From a virus, in IMG/VR virus record IMGVR_UViG_3300036668_000172, positions 19,750 through 83,749 of that record: a stretch of DNA of 64,000 bases. The stretch is one strand, 5' to 3'. A program made the position numbers and the translations under genes. Of this stretch, positions 27,820 through 36,457 are shown in pieces. The notes beneath the pieces were generated by a model. That model was given only the letters and a program-made list of their open reading frames with translations, was not told the DNA's origin and did no database searches. Each line of letters opens with the position of its first letter. Within the stretch, counting starts at the first letter, position 1.

Positions 27820-29181
27820 ATGTACGCAACACTTATACTCAGCCAGTCTCCTTACGGTGTAAGACAGACTGCTATCATCCCTACGCCATCAGGCGAAGTA
27901 AGAATAATGTACCGCTGTGGCTTTGGTCGTGGCTTAGGTGCAACTTGGATAGAGACTGCACCTGATGTAGATGCAATGCAAGAGCTCACACTCAATGCAC
28001 CTGTGTCTTTGCTTATGACAGGAGCGCACTTACGTGACGTAGACTTCCTAGGTCGTACGCCAAACAACGTGCTACAAGCACTAGGTAAGCGCATCAGTAC
28101 TAGCTTTGTCCCTAGTGTAGCTACCTTGCAAGAGGTGCACGACACAGTTATGTCACTTGCAACTACCAACCCTGTGTCCCTCAGCAAGTTTGCACACAAG
28201 CAGATGACTGTTGTCACAGTGCCACCAGTAGTAGCACCTGTATTACAAGCTGTAATAGAGCCTGTAGTACAAGATGTACCAGAGCCGATTGCAGAGGTAG
28301 ACCAGCTAGTTGTACCGACGCTATCCGCTAATCCTGCAAGCTCCACTGCACGTAGCCTCAACATCCTCAATGTTCCAGAAGTTACCAGCTATCACGAACG
28401 TACCTTCGAGGACATTCCAGAGACCAAGGTGTACGACGTAGCTACCAAGACACAGCAAGCTGTGTTGCTTACAGGTGATGCAGGTACAGGCAAGACATCC
28501 AGTGCACGTAACTGTGCCGCTAGGCGTCAAGTACCGTTTGTAGTTATCGAGTGCACTCAGCAGATTGACAGCTCAATCATTCAAGGTAGGTTCGTACCAG
28601 AGGAAGACGGCAAGTCAGTCAAGTGGGTATACAGCCAACTAGCTACAGCAGTACAGCAGCCTTCTGTAATCCTGTTCAATGAGCTGACACGTATGTCTCC
28701 CAAGTCTGCTTCGTTGTTCTTGCGACTATTGCAAGAGCGTGAGTTGTTCATCGAGCCATTCAATGAAGTAATCAAGCTACATCCTGAGTGCCTCATCATT
28801 GCAGATGCCAACGTAGGTACGTCATACAACGGCACCATGAGACAAGACGGTGCACTCATTGACCGCTTCAACATCAAGCTCAACTTTGTTTACGATGCAG
28901 ACCTTGAAGCTAAGTTCCTTCCATACCCTGCACTGCTTGCGTTTGCTACAGGTATCCGCAAAGCATCAGCGCTAGGTATGGAAGACTTCAGTACTCCAAT
29001 GTCTACTAGGTTGTTACAGAACTTTGCAATGCATGCCAACCACTTCAGTTGGGACTTTGCAGTTGCTAGGTTGCTTGCTAACTTCCCTACCGATACCAAT
29101 GAGCGTGATGCAGTCAAGATGCGTCTTGATGCAGATGCCCCACGTATTGCCCAAGACTTCGGTGTTACTTTAAACCGATAG
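27820..29181 (+). CDS. MoxR/CobS-like AAA+ ATPase
   Basis: Walker A GDAGTGKT, variant Walker B ILFNE, ALIDRF. Confidence 0.85.
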   Translation: MYATLILSQSPYGVRQTAIIPTPSGEVRIMYRCGFGRGLGATWIETAPDVDAMQELTLNAPVSLLMTGAHLRDVDFLGRTPNNVLQALGKRISTSFVPSVATLQEVHDTVMSLATTNPVSLSKFAHKQMTVVTVPPVVAPVLQAVIEPVVQDVPEPIAEVDQLVVPTLSANPASSTARSLNILNVPEVTSYHERTFEDIPETKVYDVATKTQQAVLLTGDAGTGKTSSARNCAARRQVPFVVIECTQQIDSSIIQGRFVPEEDGKSVKWVYSQLATAVQQPSVILFNELTRMSPKSASLFLRLLQERELFIEPFNEVIKLHPECLIIADANVGTSYNGTMRQDGALIDRFNIKLNFVYDADLEAKFLPYPALLAFATGIRKASALGMEDFSTPMSTRLLQNFAMHANHFSWDFAVARLLANFPTDTNERDAVKMRLDADAPRIAQDFGVTLNR

Positions 29182-29205
29182 CCAACCCAAAGATAGGAGA
29201 GCACA

Positions 29206-31032
29206 ATGAATTACACAGTAAGTAACTCTGTTATAAGCAAAGACACTATTCAAGATATGCACGCTGGCAAGCTTCAGTCTTCCATGGCTAAGTTCGCTCG
29301 CTCCATGGCCTTGCGGTCAGTGCAAGTCAATGTCAAAAGGTATCAGCATGACTACATGCCTGACGCACCTGCATGGTCTGATGACCACACCATACACATC
29401 GCTCATGACAAAGACACAGGCAACATAGGGTCAGCTGACAATATCATCAGGCTCAAGGGGTTGCTGATACATGAGCTATCTCACGTGCTGTTTACCCCTC
29501 GCTCCAAGACTGCCTTAGTCAAGTGGGTGCGTGACAATCGCTTGTGGAATGCCTTCAACATCCTTGAGGACAACCGCATTGAGAACCTTATGGTTGCCAA
29601 CATGTCTGGTGTCAAGCCTTGGTTAGTACACACCGTTACAACTGAGCTAATCAAGACTGCACCTATTCAAGCTAACTCACTGCTACCGCTAGTGTGGGGA
29701 CGCAAGTACCTGCCATTAGAGATACGCATGGCCGCACTTGATACGTGGAGAGTTCTCAATGCAGATGACATTACTGCACTGTTAGACGAGTACATTACAC
29801 TCAACCTCCAACACAAACCAGACATATTACGAGCTACAGTAATCATAGGCAAGTTCTCTTCGGCACTACAGGAAGAGCAGGACCTTGATGGCAAGCCTCC
29901 TGTTGGGTCTATACACCATGGCACCACCTCGGAGACCGCTCCAGATAGCAAGGCAGACTCTCAACCCATGAGTAAAGCTCAGCAAGACAAGCTGCTTGAT
30001 AAAGTAGAAGATGATAGTACACAGCCATCAAGTGATGATAGTGATGAGAGTAGTGCGAGTAGTGAGAGTGGTGCGAGTACTAGCTCTGGCAAGACTTTGG
30101 CTGAGCAACTACAAGATGCAGCAGACGCAGCAATGGACACGCTATTAGAGGATGTAAAAAGCACTGTACAGTCTGTAAAAGAGTCTTCTGAGCCTGTAAA
30201 TGTCATGGGTGACGATTCGGTATCTTCAAGAGAGAGCGACCAGCTCATCAATCGAGTACCTGAGTACTCCAAGAAGCTTGAGACGCCTAGTGCTGATGCC
30301 CTGATAGCTTCAAGGCAGTTTGCTAAAGAGCTAACGGAGTTGCGTACTCAGCACGACCCAGGATGGATGCGGCGCTCAGACCAAGGTCGCCTAAACGTCA
30401 AGGACTTCATGTTGGGCACTGACTTAGAGGAAGCCTTTGACCAGTGGTCAGAAGGTAACCAAGATGTTACAGACATCGAATGCGTAGTGCTTCTCGACAA
30501 CTCAGGTTCAATGGAAGACATGATTACCCCTGCTTACGAAGCTATGTGGGCAGTCAAGCGCGGGCTGGATAGTGTGCAAGCTAGCACTACAGTAATTCAG
30601 TACGGTAGTCGTGGTGAGATTCTATACGGGCCCAACCAACGTGCTTCCAACCAAGTACTTACTGCACGTCATGCAGGTAGTAGTGGTGGCACTGACCCTT
30701 TCTGGAGCTTAAAGAAAGCCCATGAAATCCTTGCTGACTCTACTCGTGCTATCAAGATGATGATAGTCATTACAGATGGCTCGTGGGGAAGTGCCCTAGC
30801 ATGCGAAGAAGCTATCCTAGCCATGCGTGGCAACGGTGTGCTAACTGGTCTGGTGTTCTTAGCTGACCCCAATCCTAGTACCCAATGGCAGTACAGCAAG
30901 ACAGCAGAAAATGAAATCATTGTTGATGCTCACAAGTGTGAAGTAGCAGTCATGTTGACTGCACCAAGACAGTTAGTTGACTTTGCCAAGGACATCACTA
31001 AACTAAGTCAGAAGAGAGTAGAGAGGGTATAA
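29206..31032 (+). CDS. Metallopeptidase-like plus vWA domain protein (CobT-like)
   Basis: HELSH, NILEDNRIE, acidic Ser-rich linker, MIDAS DNSGS...GGT...ITDG. Confidence 0.85.
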   Translation: MNYTVSNSVISKDTIQDMHAGKLQSSMAKFARSMALRSVQVNVKRYQHDYMPDAPAWSDDHTIHIAHDKDTGNIGSADNIIRLKGLLIHELSHVLFTPRSKTALVKWVRDNRLWNAFNILEDNRIENLMVANMSGVKPWLVHTVTTELIKTAPIQANSLLPLVWGRKYLPLEIRMAALDTWRVLNADDITALLDEYITLNLQHKPDILRATVIIGKFSSALQEEQDLDGKPPVGSIHHGTTSETAPDSKADSQPMSKAQQDKLLDKVEDDSTQPSSDDSDESSASSESGASTSSGKTLAEQLQDAADAAMDTLLEDVKSTVQSVKESSEPVNVMGDDSVSSRESDQLINRVPEYSKKLETPSADALIASRQFAKELTELRTQHDPGWMRRSDQGRLNVKDFMLGTDLEEAFDQWSEGNQDVTDIECVVLLDNSGSMEDMITPAYEAMWAVKRGLDSVQASTTVIQYGSRGEILYGPNQRASNQVLTARHAGSSGGTDPFWSLKKAHEILADSTRAIKMMIVITDGSWGSALACEEAILAMRGNGVLTGLVFLADPNPSTQWQYSKTAENEIIVDAHKCEVAVMLTAPRQLVDFAKDITKLSQKRVERV

Positions 31033-31170
31033 CATGAATGCAGAATACTACTGCATGTTTTGTGAGGAGTTTGTTTACTCGCAAGACGTTGCAATAAAGT
31101 GTTACAAATGCAAAGAGTACAAGGGACTAATCCCTGTGTCAGAAGCACCAATGAATGAGGAGGATAACTA

Positions 31171-31446
31171 ATGGGATACAAAGTAGGAGCAGAAATAGCA
31201 GATTCAAATCTAGACATAGAAGCCAAGATGGCGTGGCACCTTACAGGTAACCACGTACCACCAATAGACGAAGCGTTCGTTCCTGTAGCAGTGCAGGCAA
31301 TAGAGCTTGCCAACACAAACAACTGGGATGAACTACTAGAGCTACCCAACGGACTAGAGCGCTCAGTAGCGTTCATAATAAATGGCATGCACCTAGAACC
31401 ATTCGTTACTATCATTCCAACACCAAAAGATGAAGGAGACAACTAA
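31171..31446 (+). CDS. Hypothetical protein
   Basis: WHLTGNHVPP motif; SD AGGAGG. Confidence 0.7.
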   Translation: MGYKVGAEIADSNLDIEAKMAWHLTGNHVPPIDEAFVPVAVQAIELANTNNWDELLELPNGLERSVAFIINGMHLEPFVTIIPTPKDEGDN

Positions 31447-31634
31447 TGAATAGATACCAAGTAGCAGTACTAGTTAAGTATCACGTGTCAGCAGACAACC
31501 TCGATGATGCTTGGGAGCTCATTGAAGTTGGGGCCGAGTTCCCTGTGACACCATTTGATGATGAGACAAACGTCAGTAGCGTGCAGATTGTAAGTGTTAT
31601 AGACCTATCAGACGTAGAAGAAGAAGAGGAGTGA
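31446..31634 (+). CDS. Small acidic protein, DpnD/PcfM-like family
   Basis: YQVAV...VSADNLDDA. Confidence 0.6.
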   Translation: MNRYQVAVLVKYHVSADNLDDAWELIEVGAEFPVTPFDDETNVSSVQIVSVIDLSDVEEEEE

Positions 31635-31730
31635 GATGATGAGAGAGACACTCGGAAGCGGATGGCCGTATATAATGACGATAATAGCCCTAGTAGTTTG
31701 GTGGGTTGGAAGTAATCTATGGAGGAAGAA

Positions 31731-31940
31731 ATGAGTGAGTACTACGATGGAGGCTCCATGAGAGGCTCAGGCATAGATTCTATAGAAGTAGAATACGATG
31801 TATTTCAGTGCAATGATTGCGAGTTTGACAATCCAGAAGGGGTAGTCAACACAGACGATTGGGGTAACTACGAAGTTACATGCAGTGAGTGCGGGTGGTT
31901 GTACACCGAGGGTAAGCGTTGGGCGTACTATGGCTCATAA
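31731..31940 (+). CDS. Small Zn-ribbon protein
   Basis: CNDC...CSEC. Confidence 0.6.
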   Translation: MSEYYDGGSMRGSGIDSIEVEYDVFQCNDCEFDNPEGVVNTDDWGNYEVTCSECGWLYTEGKRWAYYGS

Positions 31941-32148
31941 AGAGTTATCACATCTGATAAAACAAGCAGAGTCACAAGGCTGGGTAGTTTCCCACTTAAA
32001 AGGTGGCCACTTAAAGTGGGTGTCACCTATAAGCGGTAGGGCAGTGTTTAGTGGGTTCAGCCCATCAGACAAAAGAGCTGTCAAAAATATAGTAAGGGAG
32101 TTACGCATAAGCGGCTTCCTCATAATCAAACAGAAAGGGACAAAATGA
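31930..32148 (+). CDS. HicA-like protein
   Basis: GWVV...KGGHLKW...P...SPSD, HicA/dsRBD-like pattern. Confidence 0.7.
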   Translation: MAHKELSHLIKQAESQGWVVSHLKGGHLKWVSPISGRAVFSGFSPSDKRAVKNIVRELRISGFLIIKQKGTK

Positions 32149-32465
32149 CAACAAAGAAATTCCGTACAGGTAAAGCTGCAACAAAGAGCTTTTTACTACC
32201 AAGCTTTGACTTGGCACGAGCGCTGTGTGCTAAGGCAGACCCTGAGGTGTTCTTTCCTGATACAGGTGCGATGAGTGACGTCAAAGGTGCCAAAAGAATC
32301 TGTAACGCATGTGAGGTACAGGTTGACTGTCTTGAGTGGGCACTGAAGAACGAAGAGGAATACGGCATCTGGGGAGGGCTTACAGCTGCCGAGAGACGTC
32401 GCCTAAGTCGTGCACGTAAAAGGTATCAAGTTGTGCAAGTACCTGCCCCTAAAGTAAGAAAGTAA
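32145..32465 (+). CDS. whiB: WhiB family transcription factor
   Basis: C...DPEVFFP...AKRIC..C.V...CLEWAL...GIWGGLT..ER with basic tail. Confidence 0.95.
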   Translation: MTTKKFRTGKAATKSFLLPSFDLARALCAKADPEVFFPDTGAMSDVKGAKRICNACEVQVDCLEWALKNEEEYGIWGGLTAAERRRLSRARKRYQVVQVPAPKVRK

Positions 32466-32489
32466 ACCAGCTTCAACACAAACATTTGC

Positions 32490-32519
32490 GGGTCCACCTA
32501 GTTGCTTATAGGTGGGCCC
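32490..32519. terminator. Hairpin at the convergent junction
   Basis: GGGTCCACCTA/TAGGTGGGCCC between convergent genes. Confidence 0.7.
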
Positions 32520-32534
32520 CTTGTTATCTACTAA

Positions 32535-34034
32535 CTAGTCTTCTAACGATGTCTTAATAATTCGGGTAGTTTGCTGTTCATCTAAGGGCTGTTGCATCTC
32601 CCTTAAAGCCGACGCTTTGTCGCCAAATATAGCGCTCAAAACCCCTCCAGAAGTCTGCCTGCTGGCAGTGATGCTGACGAACTCTTTATTGCTTTCTAGG
32701 TCCTTCATATTAGCGACCAGTTTAAACAACCTGTCTACTTCTTGAGACACGTTCGGGTCGGCGTAGCCGCCGTTCATTTCTTCGGCAAATCGCATGAACG
32801 CTACCCTCTGACCTTGCATCTCTATAATAGTGGTCAGCAAATCTTTTAATTGTTCTCTGGTTTTAACCTCTACTGGCAGGTTAAATGCGCACGTGTTATC
32901 TGGCTTAAATGCAGGACAATTTGCTGCGACAAAACACGTATTACACTGTCTTAATGAGGTCTGTTGTGAGCGTACTACTGACACCTGTTTTAGGACATCT
33001 TTACCGTCCTCATCCTTGTCTACAATAGTCTTCGACTCAAACCCAAAAATAGGTAAATTAACCTTTTCTAGTGGGTCTCTGGCTATTACTTTTTTCCGCT
33101 CTTCTACCCCCTTGTTAGTAGAACCTACCCCACCCATTTCCATTAAACCTGTGTATAGGGTATCCTCGTTGTTATCTACTAACATCTCATCTTTGGAGGG
33201 TAAACCACCTTTTATGACTCTTAAATCTGGCTTATCTTTATCCATTTTGGCCTCTAACTGTAAATATGACCACACTGCTAACTTGGTGGCCTCTGTTGTG
33301 TCATCATCTACGAACTTCTTAAAATCTAAACTTGCCTTTTCCACGACGTTCTTGTATCGTAATCGGGCTTGGTCTTTCATCTTCTTTGGATACCGCACCA
33401 GTTTGGTGCCGTCCCATACAATGGTCTCACCTCTACGCATTGGTGATAACCAACTCAATGTGCTGGCTGTGTCGAATGGAATCTGTCGTAAGTTATCTGG
33501 CTTTGCTGTTCCTAATGCATGAAACTTCACGTCATTATTTGCTTTTAGGCTTCTAGTTAATCCTGCTAATGCTGGGACATTTTCAATTACTGAACCAGGT
33601 ATTGCGATGTTCTCGTACTCCTGTGCCCACCTCTGTAATAATAAGGTGTTATACGATTCGTGCCATACTACCCACATCTTTGGGTCGTTCTCGAATGCCG
33701 CACGTTCCTGTTGAATTCTAATTAATCCCCACTGCTGGGAGTCAAACTCAGTCCAACCCTCTATTCTGTCGTAATTTAACGCTATAAAATCTTGATAGTT
33801 GGCGGCGTACTCTTCCATCTCCCTGGCACTCAATCCTGCTTTATCTGCCTGGACTGCGCCTGAATCTACCCATACTTTCATGTCAGAATAGAATCGTTCA
33901 CCAATTAAATAGTCTTTGGTCTTGGGTAATCCCCTCTTACACAATCCCCAATAATTTAACATGACGTGAGTGACGCCATTCTTTTCTAATAACGTTCGGT
34001 TACTCGGAATCTCTACCCCGCCGAAGATAATCAA
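32535..34034 (-). CDS. TGT/DpdA-like TIM-barrel protein with Cys-rich C-terminal extension
   Basis: VDSGA, VVWH, IAIPG, KFHALG, PFDTASTLSW..MRRG pattern; CNTC..C..C. Confidence 0.5.
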   Translation of the reverse strand: MIIFGGVEIPSNRTLLEKNGVTHVMLNYWGLCKRGLPKTKDYLIGERFYSDMKVWVDSGAVQADKAGLSAREMEEYAANYQDFIALNYDRIEGWTEFDSQQWGLIRIQQERAAFENDPKMWVVWHESYNTLLLQRWAQEYENIAIPGSVIENVPALAGLTRSLKANNDVKFHALGTAKPDNLRQIPFDTASTLSWLSPMRRGETIVWDGTKLVRYPKKMKDQARLRYKNVVEKASLDFKKFVDDDTTEATKLAVWSYLQLEAKMDKDKPDLRVIKGGLPSKDEMLVDNNEDTLYTGLMEMGGVGSTNKGVEERKKVIARDPLEKVNLPIFGFESKTIVDKDEDGKDVLKQVSVVRSQQTSLRQCNTCFVAANCPAFKPDNTCAFNLPVEVKTREQLKDLLTTIIEMQGQRVAFMRFAEEMNGGYADPNVSQEVDRLFKLVANMKDLESNKEFVSITASRQTSGGVLSAIFGDKASALREMQQPLDEQQTTRIIKTSLED

Positions 34035-34522
34035 TCTCCGAACCTAACCGTTTCCGTGCGTATTATACGCCTGTCCTTGGTCATCATTTCATTTTGTTTT
34101 GCAACTGAGGCTGCGATGTCATCCCATGACCGAACTGACTTTGGTGCATCTGGGCGGAACTCTGGCCGCAAATAACCTGGAACTCCGAACATCAGGCTTG
34201 GAATACCTAAATCAAATGCAACTGCCCATAATGCTGGGTCTGACGTTATAAATAGGTCTACTACGCTTTTTGCTCTGGCCAATTTGAGCTGCCTTGGCTT
34301 CAGCGGGTCGCCGTCAATTCCAACAGATGCGTCTATCATGTTGTCGTAATCTACGATTTTATTCTGGTTTATCCACTGCTGAGCATGGTTTGGGCTCAGG
34401 TCTGTAATAAACGAAATCTTGTTGTATGCGCTCAATGCTCCAGTGATGAGAATCCCTTGTGGGATTGGCTCGTCGTTCCTGTAACCTCTTAATACGCCGT
34501 CTAAATCTATAACTATATGCAT
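34031..34522 (-). CDS. HAD-superfamily phosphatase-like protein
   Basis: Motif I VIDLDGVL. Confidence 0.6.
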   Translation of the reverse strand: MHIVIDLDGVLRGYRNDEPIPQGILITGALSAYNKISFITDLSPNHAQQWINQNKIVDYDNMIDASVGIDGDPLKPRQLKLARAKSVVDLFITSDPALWAVAFDLGIPSLMFGVPGYLRPEFRPDAPKSVRSWDDIAASVAKQNEMMTKDRRIIRTETVRFGD

Positions 34523-34525
34523 GTT

Positions 34526-35404
34526 TTAAATACTAGTACGGTATGTCGCTGCTCGTCTTATCAAAGTTCTTGTGTCTGGAATTACTGGTCGGTCGGCTTC
34601 CCCGTAATCTCTGACTTTCTTCAACAACTGAACTGCGCCCGTGCTCTTGCCGCCTTGCCAGCGGTAGTTATGGAAATCATAATAACCTTCACCACCTGTA
34701 GTAAAGGCTTGATGACGACCACCATGTATTTCACCAAACAATGCTTCGGCCTGCTGCTGTGCAGCGGCCATCCTGACCTCAGCATTTCTCCTGTTAGCAT
34801 CTGCGTGCGAGGTCTGAACATCGTTCAACGCTGATGTAAATCTAGTATGAACCTGTATCGCTGTTCTAGAGTCGCCTTCGACTACCATTTGCCACGCTGG
34901 GTTGTCGGGTGCCTGCTGTGCGGGGTCTGGTGCGACTGTCCACTCATCGTATTTTAGGTCATACGCAGCGTAAGGGTTGATTGACTTAATGTTCTCAGCA
35001 CCTGGATTTACGTAAAAGGTTAGCTCGTAACCATTCCAGTCTTCGGTATTGGGCTGAAGCAGGCTGCGGAACAACTCGTTTATCATGTCCGCGATTTCTG
35101 CGTCTAACAGACCAGAATACTCTGGGTTGGCTTTACGGAATTGAATACTGTTTATACCCACTAAACAGTCGAGGTCACTTGGCTTCCTGGCCGCTGACCA
35201 CTGATAACTAACGCCTGAACCCGCTAACCACGCATGTGACCATAACTCTGAATGACGATACTCGCGGTTAAAGAAATCAGCGAGCAGTTGCAAGATACCT
35301 TGACGAACCCAACTCTTTAGGTTTCTACCTTCAAACAGGATGGGGTCAAGACTTTGCGACGGCTCGCTGAAATACGAAGTGGAGTACATACCTAGACCAG
35401 ACAT
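34526..35404 (-). CDS. Pol-beta superfamily nucleotidyltransferase
   Basis: hGS...DhD motif (LAGSG...SDLDCLV) and downstream ELTFY. Confidence 0.7.
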   Translation of the reverse strand: MSGLGMYSTSYFSEPSQSLDPILFEGRNLKSWVRQGILQLLADFFNREYRHSELWSHAWLAGSGVSYQWSAARKPSDLDCLVGINSIQFRKANPEYSGLLDAEIADMINELFRSLLQPNTEDWNGYELTFYVNPGAENIKSINPYAAYDLKYDEWTVAPDPAQQAPDNPAWQMVVEGDSRTAIQVHTRFTSALNDVQTSHADANRRNAEVRMAAAQQQAEALFGEIHGGRHQAFTTGGEGYYDFHNYRWQGGKSTGAVQLLKKVRDYGEADRPVIPDTRTLIRRAATYRTSI

Positions 35405-35410
35405 ACATCT

Positions 35411-35446
35411 AGTCTAAGGTGTTATCTACTTAGATTCTGGCTTAAT
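35411..35446 (-). promoter_or_regulatory. Putative leaderless promoter (ATTAAG-N24-TAGACT-N6-ATG)
   Basis: Variant of the bipartite motif. Confidence 0.55.
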
Positions 35447-35707
35447 GCCACGTTCCTTTAATGCGGATGCAATCTTCTCTGCTGTGCTTGGCTGGTTATC
35501 TATACCCAAACGCTCAGTTAATACGTCCGCAACCTTCTGGGCTAGGATGGTTGATTCAAACTCATCAACAATCTGCTTACAGGTTTGATAGATATCAAAA
35601 TTGTTTACTGGCCTATCTACCTCAATACCTTCATCTGGCATTGTGGGTAGGGTGGTGATTTTTCCGTCTGGGGTTGTTGCTGCTATAAAAAAGACTTCTG
35701 CCTTCAT
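35426..35707 (-). CDS. Hypothetical protein
   Basis: Coupled ORF. Confidence 0.65.
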   Translation of the reverse strand: MKAEVFFIAATTPDGKITTLPTMPDEGIEVDRPVNNFDIYQTCKQIVDEFESTILAQKVADVLTERLGIDNQPSTAEKIASALKERGIKPESK

Positions 35708-36264
35708 TTGTACATGCCTCTCATTGCTCGTTTTTTAGTGGTCGCTACGCTGTGGAATGGGCAGAAATGGCACAGGTACACCTTCGGTGCTCCTGAACTT
35801 GCTGGGTCTGGTAACCCCAACTCCATGCGTTCTTTATCTGTCTTCGGTAACAGACGCTTTGCTTCGGATTCGTAGTCGGGACATCCTGGGTCTGATGGTC
35901 GCAAATGGTAGTTGTAACACTCCATTGCGGACTCTGCAAACTCCATTTTAGAGTTGTAGAAGTTTTTATCTGGGTCTATCGCATCTAGACCCTCTGACCC
36001 GCCGCCCTTCAGCTGCTCGATGATTGCCTTGCGGCTCTCAACTTTTTCCCATGTCTTAAATGGTAGTAGGAACATTTTGCCCATGTGGCGCTCGCCACTG
36101 GGAAACTCATGCTTTTCTAGGGTTAGCTCCAGCAGGACATCCGTCTCTGGTGGGCCGTCATGTGGAGGTAACTCGTCAATACTATTGCAAACTAGGCAAT
36201 AGACTAAACGGATAACGGGCCCATCGTGGAATTCCCGTTTTCCAATTAGTGGGGCTTCAGACAT
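35704..36264 (-). CDS. Cys/His-rich hypothetical protein
   Basis: CLVC, C..H...C, CHFC. Confidence 0.7.
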   Translation of the reverse strand: MSEAPLIGKREFHDGPVIRLVYCLVCNSIDELPPHDGPPETDVLLELTLEKHEFPSGERHMGKMFLLPFKTWEKVESRKAIIEQLKGGGSEGLDAIDPDKNFYNSKMEFAESAMECYNYHLRPSDPGCPDYESEAKRLLPKTDKERMELGLPDPASSGAPKVYLCHFCPFHSVATTKKRAMRGMYK

Positions 36265-36457
36265 TACTCAGCCTCCATGTGAGCAAACATCTTGGCCCAA
36301 TAATCCTTGGTCCACTGTTCTGCTTCTTCATACTCTTTTGTACCCTTACGGGCAGCGAATCCAGGGCTGTTGATACCCATAGAACCTAGGTGGGGGGTTT
36401 CTTTCTTCTCCATAGTAATACTCCTTATCTTAGTACGTCTAATTTTAGTCTAGTGTA

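Noticed and set aside
27852-30920. Minus-strand ORFs over the MoxR and vWA genes, and similar antisense ORFs elsewhere (e.g. 32830-33522, 45357-45866)
   Set aside because: They fully overlap well-supported genes and have no SD or motifs
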